Both the position numbers and the translations under genes were made by a program. The notes below the pieces were generated by a model. The model was given only the letters and a program-made list of their open reading frames with translations. It did not search any database and had not been told where the DNA came from. From Escherichia phage ST31, in the sequence record NC_047829.1: a stretch of DNA of 39,693 nucleotides. One strand, written 5' to 3'. Below are positions 1 to 8,381 of the stretch, one piece after another (the first letter of the stretch is position 1; each line of letters starts with the position of its first letter).

Positions 1-513
1 GGCAAAGGCGCGTTCACTAAGTGCTACCTGAAGGATTGCGGGAAGCGTGTAATTCTGGTCTCTTCTGACCCGATAAAGGAGTGTATGGCGTGGGGATGGT
101 TTCCTGAGTCTCCACTGTTCCCTGAAGTCAAGATGATTGAGGTAGGCACGTATGAGATGGACTACATGCCACCAACGCGAGGTCTCAAGGCGCATTTAGA
201 TGACGACCAGTGGCAACTCTATCAGGTGCTGCGCGACTGCTTCTCACGGTCTCCGGTATTCTCTCGACCTGCTGACCTGTATCACAAGTGGTACGAGATA
301 TTCCAAGCTGCACACGACAGGTCTGAGACTGAGACTGTGCGGGAAGGTCTGATGGCTGTGCTGATGGCGCTGGACGCTTGCGCTAACTTCGGGTCAGACA
401 TTCAGTTTGAGATAAGCCCACGCAATGTACGGGCCGTGAACGGCAAGTTGATACTGGTGGACTGCTTCTTCCTTGTGTCCAAGCTGCAAGAGGTGAGGTC
501 ATCAAGATGGTAA
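1..513 (+). CDS. Atypical protein kinase-like early protein (T7 gp0.7 position); 5' end lies at 39672-39693 across the window junction
   Basis: Frame 1 is open from base 1; joined to 39672-39693 through the 10-nt end overlap it reads MKLIGKGAFTKCYL...RVILVSS, a glycine-rich loop resembling T7 gp0.7 LGNGHFSAAY...RVIKVG as I recall it; about 174 aa in total. Confidence 0.6.
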   Translation, partial: GKGAFTKCYLKDCGKRVILVSSDPIKECMAWGWFPESPLFPEVKMIEVGTYEMDYMPPTRGLKAHLDDDQWQLYQVLRDCFSRSPVFSRPADLYHKWYEIFQAAHDRSETETVREGLMAVLMALDACANFGSDIQFEISPRNVRAVNGKLILVDCFFLVSKLQEVRSSRW

Positions 514-656
514 CTTATGGTCTCTGCCAGCACCACGTCACCAACGCCCGGCTTATGGTAAAGACCGGGCAGTTAAACCACGATGCGACCATGCGCCACT
601 TGAAAGCGGTCTATGAGGGCCGCAAGCGTATACACGACAGTTTGCACGCTGAGTGA
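507..656 (+). CDS. Small early hypothetical protein (49 aa)
   Basis: ATG 507 preceded by GAGGTGAGG; overlaps kinase stop; below ORF-track size cutoff; translated by eye. Confidence 0.3.
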   Translation: MVTYGLCQHHVTNARLMVKTGQLNHDATMRHLKAVYEGRKRIHDSLHAE

Positions 657-722
657 TAAACGAGAGGTCATCGACTGATAGATGGCCTCAAAGATTACCA
701 CTTACATTGATAGGAGTTAACT

Positions 723-890
723 ATGAAACAACTTACAGGCATAGCACTTTACGCAACCTTTACGGCTTGGCTGACTGCGGTATTCACTGATGGGAACGCA
801 TTACAACTAGGCTGGATGGTAGCGGATATTATCTTCGCTCCGGTAGGGGTCGTGCGGGGCATCTTGATATGGTTTGGATTGGTGGGATAA
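723..890 (+). CDS. Small hydrophobic early protein (55 aa)
   Basis: TAGGAG 6 nt upstream of ATG 723; hydrophobic product (MKQLTGIALYATFTAWLTAVF...ILIWFGLVG); conflicts with minus-strand ORF 749-931, which I reject. Confidence 0.4.
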   Translation: MKQLTGIALYATFTAWLTAVFTDGNALQLGWMVADIIFAPVGVVRGILIWFGLVG

Positions 891-893
891 ACT

Positions 894-983
894 ATGAGTA
901 TTGGACATTGGGTATGTCTGTCTCCGGTCATCTGGATGATAGGTTATGGGATATACGACTGTATTAAACGGAAATCGCTATGA
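894..983 (+). CDS. Very small hypothetical peptide (29 aa)
   Basis: ATG 894 four nt after previous stop; stop TGA overlaps next ATG (ATGA at 980-983), suggesting translational coupling. Confidence 0.2.
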   Translation: MSIGHWVCLSPVIWMIGYGIYDCIKRKSL

Positions 984-1177
984 TATCTGCACTATTGATA
1001 GCCATAGGCTATGGACTTATCATCTACGTACTGGTGAGTGACATCAACAAGGCGCGTAAAGTCTATAAATTCAACTATGTACGTCTGGGTCGCTGGACTG
1101 TACGTCAACCTAACGGACGATTCATGCGCAACTTAGCGAACGTCTGGGATATAGCAACTCTTGGGAGCAAACTGTAA
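980..1177 (+). CDS. Small early hypothetical protein (65 aa) with N-terminal hydrophobic segment
   Basis: ORF track; start overlaps upstream stop, stop overlaps downstream start. Confidence 0.45.
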   Translation: MISALLIAIGYGLIIYVLVSDINKARKVYKFNYVRLGRWTVRQPNGRFMRNLANVWDIATLGSKL

Positions 1178-1437
1178 TGAAAACCGTATACACTCACAAA
1201 TCATCTAGCCGTAGCCGCATGGAGCAAGCCAATCGTGATATGTTCTTACAGCGCCGCATGATAGCTGAGGGCCATAAGTCCGAGCTGATGTGTCTGGTGT
1301 ATGGGGGACGACCAATCACCGACGATGGTAGACTTCTGGTCTCAGGCTGGAAGGCGATAGACCAACGGTCAACCATCAAGCACACGACTCATGGTGACTT
1401 CAGTCATCTCCACGCTAACCCATTGATATGCAAGTAA
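1177..1437 (+). CDS. Early hypothetical protein (86 aa)
   Basis: ORF track; GGGAG upstream; start ATG overlaps previous TAA; not present in T7 at this position. Confidence 0.5.
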   Translation: MKTVYTHKSSSRSRMEQANRDMFLQRRMIAEGHKSELMCLVYGGRPITDDGRLLVSGWKAIDQRSTIKHTTHGDFSHLHANPLICK

Positions 1438-1442
1438 TTCTG

Positions 1443-1465
1443 ACTTAACTATCACTATAGGACTC
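1443..1465 (+). promoter_or_regulatory. Phage RNA polymerase promoter, immediately upstream of the RNA polymerase gene
   Basis: TAACTATCACTATAGGA, one of 11 copies of the CTATCACTATAGG motif; analogous to T7 CGACTCACTATAGGGAGA. Confidence 0.7.
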
Positions 1466-1535
1466 AAGGTCTAAGACTCCAAGTGAAAGACCAAAGAGAC
1501 TTTAAAGTGAAAGACTAATAACAAGGACTTTAAGT

Positions 1536-4217
1536 ATGAGCGTCATCTCTATTGACAAGCACGACTTCTCTGATGTGTCGAACGCCATTGAGCCGTTTAA
1601 CCTGCTGGCTGACCACTACGGGCAAGACCTTGCAGTCAAACAGCTTCAGCTTGAGCACGAGGCATACACTGAAGGCGAGCGACGTTTCATCAAGAACCTT
1701 GAGCGCCAGACTGATCGCGGGGAACTGGCAGACAATCAGGTCGCCAAGCCTTTGATGCAGACTCTGGTCCCTAAGATTGCGCAAGCCGTCAAGGAGTGGC
1801 ATGAAGGTCCAGACGGGAAGCTGTCAACCTCTCGTCCGAGCGTAGCGTTCACCATGCTGAGCACTGAAGAGAAGGCCGTCAAGGACCGCTCTCTGCGCAT
1901 CTCCTGTGAGTCTGCTGCGGTTATCATACTGAAGGTCATTCTCTCCAAGCTGGTCAAGCCTGAAGGGATACCGATTACACCTATGGCCTCCGCGATAGGT
2001 CGCACACTTGAAGATGAAATCCGTTTCGGTCGAATTCGAGACAAGGAGCAGGAGCACTTCAAGAAGGCGATAGCTGAGAACCTGAACAAGCGAGCGGGGG
2101 TATCCTACAAGAAAGCCTACATGCAAGCGGTCGAGACCTCCATGCTGGAGCAAGGCCAACTGGAAGATGCGTGGGGGACTTGGAGTCCGACCGAGGCGGT
2201 CCACGTTGGCATCAAGATGCTTGAGATTGTCATCCAGTCTACACAGCTGGTCGAGCTTAAGCGTTACGGTGCTGGCAATGCTGCGGCTGACGTTGAGATG
2301 GTCCACCTGTCAGACTTCTGGGTCAAGAAGATGGCCCAACGTGGCTTCAGCCTTGCGGGTATCGCGCCAGTCTATCAACCTTGCGTAGTTCCACCTAAGC
2401 CGTGGACTGGAGTCGTGGGCGGTGGGTATTGGGCCAAAGGTCGCAGACCATTGCCACTGATTCGCTTAGGGTCTAAGTCTGCGGTGGCACGTTACGAAGA
2501 CGTGTACATGCCTGAAGTATATGACGCTGTTAACATCATCCAGAATACGCCTTGGAAAGTGAACAAGAAGGTGCTGGACGTGGTGAACATGGTCGAGAAG
2601 CTGAACAATACGCCTATTGATGACATCCCTCAAATGGAGCCACTGAAGCCTGAGGACTATGCGGGTGAGACTGAAGAAGAACTCAAGGCATGGAAGAAAG
2701 CTGCTGCCGGTATCTATCGTCGCGAGAAGGCCCGACAGTCACGCAGATTGTCGCTGAGTTTTATCGTCAGCCAAGCGAACAAGTTCTCTCAGTTCAAGGC
2801 CATCTGGTTCCCGTACAACATGGACTGGCGCGGTCGCGTCTACGCTGTGCCGATGTTCAACCCTCAGGGTAACGACATGCAGAAAGGTCTTCTGACTCTG
2901 GCAGTCGGTAAGCCTATTGGTGCTGATGGTTTCAAATGGCTGAAGGTCCACGGTGCAAACTGTGCGGGTGTCGATAAAGTAACCTTCGAGGAGCGCATCA
3001 AGTGGGTGGAAGATAACCACGACAACATCATGGCTGCTGCCAAAGCACCGATGGATAGCATTGAGTGGTGGGGCAGGTTAGACTCTCCGTTCTGCTTCCT
3101 TGCGTTCTGCTTCGAGTATGCTGGCGTAATGCACCACGGCCTGTCTTACTCCTGCTCGCTACCGATAGCGTTCGATGGGTCCTGCTCTGGGATTCAGCAC
3201 TTCAGCGCGATGCTTCGAGACCACATCGGTGGACATGCAGTAAACCTAACGCCATCCGGTAAGGTCCAAGACATCTATCGAATCGTGTCTGACCGCATTG
3301 AGGAAGAACTCAAAGTCCTGCTGGTTAACGGTACGGACAACGAGATGGTGACTCACGAGGACAAGAAAACTGGTGAGATTACCGAGCGTCTCAAGCTGGG
3401 GACACGAGAGCTGGCCCGTCAGTGGCTGACCTACGGTATGTCACGCAAGGTCACTAAGCGTTCGGTCATGACTCTGGCCTACGGGTCGAAAGAGTACGGA
3501 TTCGCAGACCAAGTGTACGAGGACATCGTGATGCCAGCTATTGACTCAGGGTCTGGCGCTATGTTCACTGAACCAAGCCAAGCGTCTCGCTTCATGGCTA
3601 AGATGATTTGGGAAGCTGTGAGTGTGACCGTAGTCGCTGCGGTTGACGCGATGAAGTGGCTTCAAGGTGCTGCCAAGCTGCTGGCTGCTGAAGTGAAGGA
3701 CAAGAAGACTGGCGAAATCCTGAAGCCATGCCTTCCGGTACACTGGGTAACACCTGATGGTTTCCCGGTCTGGCAGGAATACCGCAAGAAGGATACCACT
3801 CGTCTGAACCTGATGTTCTTAGGGTCATTCAATCTTCAGCCTACCGTCAACAGAGGTACGAAGAAAGAGCTGGACAAGCACAAGCAGGAGTCAGGCATTA
3901 GCCCGAACTTCGTCCACTCACAAGATGGCAGCCACCTCCGCAAGACTGTAGTCCACACTCACCGCAAGTATGGCGTGATGTCATTCGCAGTGATTCACGA
4001 TAGCTTCGGGACCATCCCGGCTGACGCTGAGTATCTGTTCCGTGGTGTCCGTGAGACGATGGTCGAGACCTACCGCGACAACGATGTGCTGCTTGACTTC
4101 TACGAGCAGTTCGAATACCAGCTTCATGAGAGCCAGCGTGACAAGTTGCCTGAGCTTCCGAAGAAAGGTAAACTGAATATCGAAGACATCTTGTCTTCAG
4201 ACTTTGCATTCGCTTAA
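1536..4217 (+). CDS. Single-subunit DNA-directed RNA polymerase (T7 gene 1 homologue)
   Basis: 893 aa; long colinear blocks matching T7 RNAP as recalled (PFNLLADHYG, MFQPCVVPPKPWTG, AIWFPYNMDWRGRVYAV, DGSCSGIQHFSAMLRD, HDSFGT, C-terminal FAFA). Confidence 0.98.
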   Translation: MSVISIDKHDFSDVSNAIEPFNLLADHYGQDLAVKQLQLEHEAYTEGERRFIKNLERQTDRGELADNQVAKPLMQTLVPKIAQAVKEWHEGPDGKLSTSRPSVAFTMLSTEEKAVKDRSLRISCESAAVIILKVILSKLVKPEGIPITPMASAIGRTLEDEIRFGRIRDKEQEHFKKAIAENLNKRAGVSYKKAYMQAVETSMLEQGQLEDAWGTWSPTEAVHVGIKMLEIVIQSTQLVELKRYGAGNAAADVEMVHLSDFWVKKMAQRGFSLAGIAPVYQPCVVPPKPWTGVVGGGYWAKGRRPLPLIRLGSKSAVARYEDVYMPEVYDAVNIIQNTPWKVNKKVLDVVNMVEKLNNTPIDDIPQMEPLKPEDYAGETEEELKAWKKAAAGIYRREKARQSRRLSLSFIVSQANKFSQFKAIWFPYNMDWRGRVYAVPMFNPQGNDMQKGLLTLAVGKPIGADGFKWLKVHGANCAGVDKVTFEERIKWVEDNHDNIMAAAKAPMDSIEWWGRLDSPFCFLAFCFEYAGVMHHGLSYSCSLPIAFDGSCSGIQHFSAMLRDHIGGHAVNLTPSGKVQDIYRIVSDRIEEELKVLLVNGTDNEMVTHEDKKTGEITERLKLGTRELARQWLTYGMSRKVTKRSVMTLAYGSKEYGFADQVYEDIVMPAIDSGSGAMFTEPSQASRFMAKMIWEAVSVTVVAAVDAMKWLQGAAKLLAAEVKDKKTGEILKPCLPVHWVTPDGFPVWQEYRKKDTTRLNLMFLGSFNLQPTVNRGTKKELDKHKQESGISPNFVHSQDGSHLRKTVVHTHRKYGVMSFAVIHDSFGTIPADAEYLFRGVRETMVETYRDNDVLLDFYEQFEYQLHESQRDKLPELPKKGKLNIEDILSSDFAFA

Positions 4218-4229
4218 CAGGAGAGAGTT

Positions 4230-4430
4230 ATGAAATTTGCACACAAGCAGACTGGCGTTAAGGGTGGGACTCAAATCGTGACCGTAACAGAGCACAACGG
4301 AAAGGGTCTGGTGAAGACCACTGTCATCCCTACCGAGATGTCAAAGCAGCTTAACGTCCAGTTCAAGTGGCTTGTTAAGCAGGTGGAGCAGACGCACGAG
4401 CAAGTCCTTAAAGAGGCGGCAACCAAATGA
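4230..4430 (+). CDS. Hypothetical protein (66 aa), lysine-rich
   Basis: ORF track; AGGAGAG upstream of ATG; no T7 counterpart at this position. Confidence 0.5.
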   Translation: MKFAHKQTGVKGGTQIVTVTEHNGKGLVKTTVIPTEMSKQLNVQFKWLVKQVEQTHEQVLKEAATK

Positions 4431-4508
4431 CAGACCTGCAGTTACTGGCATTGTGGCTGGGAGCACTAGCAATATTCACTCTAATCCAACGCAGAAGAGG
4501 TTAACACT

Positions 4509-4979
4509 ATGTTCGGTAAGTCAAAACTTAAAGCACAAATCAAAGAGTTGAGCATGAAGGTGACATACTTGGAGCGAGAGGTAACTGTCCTGGACAAGGA
4601 CAATGAGCGACTGAAGGATAAGCTCGCTGAATCAGAGCGTAAGCGCTTAACGCCACCAGCGGCTGTAACTGTAAAGCGTATGGTAGGCATCAATTTCAAG
4701 GCACTGTTCGACGGTAAGTATCAGCCCACTGAGTTCAAGATAGGTCTTGGCAAGTGTGGGAAGGTGGTCCACTACTTCGAGGTGACTAAGCGTGACGACC
4801 GGACGCTTACCATCCACCAGTATCACACAGACGGGTCGTCTAAGGACTTCGAGTACCGACTGAGCGACATTGATGGAAGCATCCAATACGACTACGAGAT
4901 GATGGAAGTATATGGTAAGGAGGCTGAGAAGGAACGTATAGTCCAAGCCTTCCGCAACATGCCACGATTCATGCCCTAA
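4509..4979 (+). CDS. Hypothetical protein (156 aa) with predicted N-terminal coiled coil
   Basis: ORF track; charged heptad-like N-terminus (KLKAQIKELSMKVTYLEREVTVLDKDNERLKDKLAESERK); no T7 counterpart recognised. Confidence 0.55.
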   Translation: MFGKSKLKAQIKELSMKVTYLEREVTVLDKDNERLKDKLAESERKRLTPPAAVTVKRMVGINFKALFDGKYQPTEFKIGLGKCGKVVHYFEVTKRDDRTLTIHQYHTDGSSKDFEYRLSDIDGSIQYDYEMMEVYGKEAEKERIVQAFRNMPRFMP

Positions 4980-4997
4980 ACTATCACTATAGGATTA
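4975..4997 (+). promoter_or_regulatory. Phage RNA polymerase promoter
   Basis: AAACTATCACTATAGGA. Confidence 0.75.
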
Positions 4998-5040
4998 GAC
5001 TCAAGGTCATGACTCAAAGTCGTGGCCTTCATGATTAACC
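4995..5040 (+). promoter_or_regulatory. RNase III processing hairpin (T7 R1.1-like)
   Basis: TTAGACTCAAGGTCATGACTCAAAGTCGTGGCCTTCATGATTAAC; AAGGTCA pairs with TGGCCTT; resembles T7 R1.1 (AAGGUCAUUCGCAAGAGUGGCCUUUAUGAUUG) as recalled. Confidence 0.6.
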
Positions 5041-5074
5041 CTAACATAACGTAAACTACTGGAGATTTAACAAC

Positions 5075-5254
5075 ATGTACCAGAACACTATCAACTTCGA
5101 GCGCATCCGTGAACGTCAGCAGACTGAAGGTTACATTCCTAAGGGCCGCAAGCTGAACAAAACTAAACGTGGTGGCGGTATCAAGGGCGCTTTCCGAAAC
5201 GCTGAGGGTAAAGACTCTCTGGTCAACCAAGAGAAATACTTCGTAGGAGTGTAA
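5075..5254 (+). CDS. gp1.1-like small basic protein (59 aa)
   Basis: Translated by eye (below track cutoff); contains KGRKLNKTKR, which I recall as conserved in T7 gp1.1; sits behind promoter plus RNase III site as in T7. Confidence 0.55.
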   Translation: MYQNTINFERIRERQQTEGYIPKGRKLNKTKRGGGIKGAFRNAEGKDSLVNQEKYFVGV

Positions 5255-5257
5255 GCC

Positions 5258-5509
5258 ATGAGTAAACGTTGGTTATTTGATGCATCCCCGAGCCAGTGGT
5301 CAGCGTTAGGACGGACTCACCGCGAGATGAGTGAGGCGGGACTTGAGGTCCGAATGGATGAACTGCCGCGCTCACGCACAACGCTGGTCCACATCATTGA
5401 AGCAGACGGTTGGAGGATTCTGGTCTCCCGCGAATTTACCGAAGATGAAATCTTTAGCTGTGAGCAATGGTGCTTGCGGCAACTGCATGACTATAGGAGC
5501 TGGAAATAA
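5258..5509 (+). CDS. gp1.2-like protein (possible dGTPase inhibitor homologue)
   Basis: 83 aa, AGGAG RBS, position between 1.1 and ligase; similar size and C-terminal WK as T7 gp1.2; similarity weak. Confidence 0.55.
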   Translation: MSKRWLFDASPSQWSALGRTHREMSEAGLEVRMDELPRSRTTLVHIIEADGWRILVSREFTEDEIFSCEQWCLRQLHDYRSWK

Positions 5510-6579
5510 TGACTACTACTCTCAAGACTAACCCGCACCGCGCTGTAGATTACTCTGAGTCCGGCGTTAAGAAAGCGCTGGAAGCTGCCGGGTCGCTGGA
5601 AGCTGAAGTGAAGTATGACGGTGTGCGTATAAACATCCCGGTCTTCCCTACAGGTGAGACCCAATGGCTGAGCCGTGAGTCCAAGCCTCTTCCAGCCCTT
5701 GAGTGGCTATCAGTCCTGACCAACATCGACAACATCGTGGAAGACCAACAGAGGGCTAGTGACTGGCGATGGTTCCTGAAGCAGGCTGGCTACGAAGGCA
5801 CTGGCCTGATGATTGACGGTGAGGTCATGGTAAAAGGAGTGGACTTCAATACGTCTTCAGGTCTCATCCGAACGAAGTGGGTAAAGCAAAAGAACTTTGA
5901 GTTTTCAACTGGTGAGCACTGGGGTAAGGACTGGAAGAAAGAGAAGCTACAATTCTGTCTGGACGAGAGGTTCATCAAAGTGGTCGTATACGGAGTCATC
6001 GACCTTAACGTCATCACCGACCCGAAAGCAGAAGGTCCTATCCATAGCGTAACACGCCTGAAGGCCGAAGCTATCGTCCCTCTCCTCCAGAAATACTTCC
6101 CTGAAATCGACTGGGTTCTGTCTGAGTCACACACGGTCTATGACCTTGAGTCGCTCAACTCCCTATACGAAGAGAAGCGTCTGGAAGGACATGAGGGTCT
6201 GGTAGTCAAGGACCCGCTGGGTAAGTACAAGCGTGGCAAGAAGTCTGGCATGTGGAAAATGAAGCCTGAGGAGACCATCGACGGGACCGTGTGTGGCCTC
6301 GTGTGGGGGACCCCGGGTAAGGCTAACGAAGGTAAGGTGATTGGCTTTGAGGTGCTGCTTGAGGATGGCATGGTGGTTAACGCCTGCGGTCTGACTGAAG
6401 AACAGAAGGACGAGTTTACACTAGCTGTTAAGACTCAGGAGCTAAACGGTGACAACCACGCCTATGAAGGATGGCAGTGTGAGGTCCTATTCATGGAGCG
6501 CTTCCCTGATGGCTCCCTTCGTCACCCTAGCTTCAAGTGCTGGCGTGGAACGGAAGACAATCCAACCGTTAAGAGTTAA
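5509..6579 (+). CDS. ATP-dependent DNA ligase (T7 gene 1.3 homologue)
   Basis: 356 aa; adenylation motif KYDGVR (in EVKYDGVRINIP); size and position as T7 ligase. Confidence 0.95.
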   Translation: MTTTLKTNPHRAVDYSESGVKKALEAAGSLEAEVKYDGVRINIPVFPTGETQWLSRESKPLPALEWLSVLTNIDNIVEDQQRASDWRWFLKQAGYEGTGLMIDGEVMVKGVDFNTSSGLIRTKWVKQKNFEFSTGEHWGKDWKKEKLQFCLDERFIKVVVYGVIDLNVITDPKAEGPIHSVTRLKAEAIVPLLQKYFPEIDWVLSESHTVYDLESLNSLYEEKRLEGHEGLVVKDPLGKYKRGKKSGMWKMKPEETIDGTVCGLVWGTPGKANEGKVIGFEVLLEDGMVVNACGLTEEQKDEFTLAVKTQELNGDNHAYEGWQCEVLFMERFPDGSLRHPSFKCWRGTEDNPTVKS

Positions 6580-6588
6580 CTAAACGTC

Positions 6589-6632
6589 AACCCAGTGGTC
6601 TTCGGAATGCTGGGTTTCTTTGCGTTTGGGGA
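6589..6632 (+). terminator. Putative intrinsic terminator for host RNA polymerase (T7 TE-equivalent)
   Basis: Hairpin CCCAG..TTCG..CTGGG followed by TTTCTTTGCGTTT just after ligase, where T7 carries TE. Confidence 0.5.
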
Positions 6633-6643
6633 ACCAGCCTGAC

Positions 6644-6666
6644 CCTAAGCTATCACTATAGGACAA
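6644..6666 (+). promoter_or_regulatory. Phage RNA polymerase promoter
   Basis: GCTATCACTATAGGACA. Confidence 0.7.
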
Positions 6667-6694
6667 CCATAACTTCGACCTAAGGAGGCCGACC

Positions 6695-6955
6695 ATGTTT
6701 AAGAACTTAATGTTCAACCGTTATTCCAATACCTTCCATCTGTCCAACAACCCGTTCGCATGTATTAAGCGCAACGAGAAGCTGGGCTACTTCGGGAAGG
6801 CCGTTAAGTTATCGCCTACAGTCTTCGCCTTGATTACTCCGGGAAAAGCTGAAGAGGCTCGCCAGAAGAAAGAGACCAGCGTACCTGTGGTCTACACTAA
6901 GTGGCCTCGCGTTCGTCTGTTCGTTGAGTTCGTGAAGGAGGTATTCAATGATTAA
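6695..6955 (+). CDS. Hypothetical protein (86 aa)
   Basis: ORF track; AAGGAGG RBS; gene 1.4-1.8 region of T7 map. Confidence 0.55.
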   Translation: MFKNLMFNRYSNTFHLSNNPFACIKRNEKLGYFGKAVKLSPTVFALITPGKAEEARQKKETSVPVVYTKWPRVRLFVEFVKEVFND

Positions 6956-7388
6956 GGTAGGGGATGTTGTGCGCTACGCTGGGACGCATAGTCAATTTAT
7001 TGGCCGCGTCGATGGTAAGGTTCTTAGCGTATGTAACTCAGGGGACTCAGTAGAGGTGGAATGGCCGGGGTTTATTGATCCAGTTAGACACGGTAAAGCC
7101 GCACTAATTATCACCAATACTGTTCAGGACAAACCAGAAGTCCGTGACGACGGTGTATACAAGCCGTCCCACTATCAGGTCTTTGACGGCGTGGAATCCA
7201 TTGAGATTATCGCCCGGTCCATGACTGTCAGTGAGTTCCGTGGTTTCTGCATGGGTAACGTCCTGAAGTATCGACTCCGAGCTGGTAAGAAGTCAGAGCT
7301 GGCTACTATGGAGAAGGACCTGAACAAAGCAGCCTTCTATCAGGAGCTGTTCGACCTGCATAAAGATAAGTGCTATGACTCCAAGTAG
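6948..7388 (+). CDS. Hypothetical protein (146 aa), possibly DUF3310-like
   Basis: ORF track; C-terminal PSHY..IE.I...GN.LKY..R..K pattern reminds me of DUF3310; from memory only. Confidence 0.55.
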   Translation: MIKVGDVVRYAGTHSQFIGRVDGKVLSVCNSGDSVEVEWPGFIDPVRHGKAALIITNTVQDKPEVRDDGVYKPSHYQVFDGVESIEIIARSMTVSEFRGFCMGNVLKYRLRAGKKSELATMEKDLNKAAFYQELFDLHKDKCYDSK

Positions 7389-7466
7389 CTGGTGCTTTAG
7401 GCAGTGGGTCTCAACCGGGAATGTGGACTACCTGTCCATGTACCATATGTGGAAGGAGAAAGGACT

Positions 7467-7625
7467 ATGAGCCTTGAGGAAAAGAAATACATCGTGGAGC
7501 TTGAGGGTCGCGTTCAGGCCTTCGAGGTTCCGGTGTACGCAAAGTCTCTTGAAGAGGCTACCCTGAAGTCCCAAGAGTATGAGGACGCTGGGTTTGTGGT
7601 CGGACGGATTCGTCCTGAGACCTAA
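7467..7625 (+). CDS. Host RNA polymerase inhibitor (T7 gene 2 homologue)
   Basis: 52 aa from ATG 7467 (GGAAGGAG RBS); [13 protein letters not shown]...[11 protein letters not shown] matches T7 Gp2 FEVPIYAETLDEA...PAGFEVTRVRP as recalled; track ORF 7404 has an N-terminal extension I do not favour. Confidence 0.85.
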   Translation: MSLEEKKYIVELEGRVQAFEVPVYAKSLEEATLKSQEYEDAGFVVGRIRPET

Positions 7626-7643
7626 ACTATCACTGTAGGACAG
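7621..7643 (+). promoter_or_regulatory. Phage RNA polymerase promoter (variant CACTGTAGG)
   Basis: AAACTATCACTGTAGGACA; one substitution from the consensus core. Confidence 0.6.
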
Positions 7644-7682
7644 ACGTCCAGTTCGTAACTTTAAATTAGGAGATTTACACCA

Positions 7683-8381
7683 ATGGCTAAAGAGCAACTG
7701 AAGACTTTCACCACTCCGGTAGCTGGTATCGTTGAGCCTTACGCATGGCTGAACAAAGCAGACACCAAGTTTAATGAGCGTGGTGAGCATAAGGTTAACC
7801 TGACATTCGACCTGAGCAACCCGAAGGTCCGTAAGATGATTGATGTCTTACAGAAGATTCACGACGATGCGTATGCGAAAGCACTCGCAGACCACGAGAA
7901 GAACCCACCTCAGGTTCAGCGTGGCAAGAAGCCTATTGAACCACGAGAAGGCGACATGCCGTGGATTGAGAATGGTGATGGTACTGTTACCCTGAAGTTT
8001 AAATGCTTCGCGTCTTACCTGAAGGATGGCAAGTCAGAGCCTATCGTATTACGGTTCTACGACACCGATGCTAAGTTAATCCGTGACGTCCCGAATATTG
8101 GCGCTGGCTCCAAACTGAAGGTCAAGTTTAAAGTCCTGCCGTTCAAGTGGAACGCTGCGACTGGTGCAAGCGTTAAGCTCCAGCTTGAGTCCTGCCTTCT
8201 GGTAGAACTGAAGGAATGGAAAGGTGATGGTGCTGGTGGAGATGGTGGCTGGGGTGGTGATGAAGACCTTGGCACTGGCTACAAAGCGTCAACCGATGGT
8301 GACTTCGGGTCTGATGACTTCAGTGACGATGGTTCCGAAGGTGGTGACGACTCTAACTCTGGTGGCGATTACGACTTCTAG
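7683..8381 (+). CDS. Single-stranded DNA-binding protein (T7 gene 2.5 homologue)
   Basis: 232 aa; RGKKP, NGDGT, GSKLKVK, GASVKLQLES blocks; acidic C-terminal tail ending DYDF. Confidence 0.95.
   Translation: MAKEQLKTFTTPVAGIVEPYAWLNKADTKFNERGEHKVNLTFDLSNPKVRKMIDVLQKIHDDAYAKALADHEKNPPQVQRGKKPIEPREGDMPWIENGDGTVTLKFKCFASYLKDGKSEPIVLRFYDTDAKLIRDVPNIGAGSKLKVKFKVLPFKWNAATGASVKLQLESCLLVELKEWKGDGAGGDGGWGGDEDLGTGYKASTDGDFGSDDFSDDGSEGGDDSNSGGDYDF

Noticed and set aside
749-931. Minus-strand ORF (60 aa) in the early region
   Set aside because: T7-like genomes are transcribed entirely from one strand; it overlaps better-supported + strand ORFs with RBSs and has no promoter context.
1824-2306. Minus-strand ORF (160 aa) antisense to the RNA polymerase gene
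   Set aside because: Lies wholly inside the strongly supported RNAP gene on the opposite strand; typical antisense artefact.
4427-4504. 25-aa hydrophobic mini-ORF between the 66-aa and 156-aa genes
   Set aside because: Too short and without a convincing RBS; could be real but unsupported.
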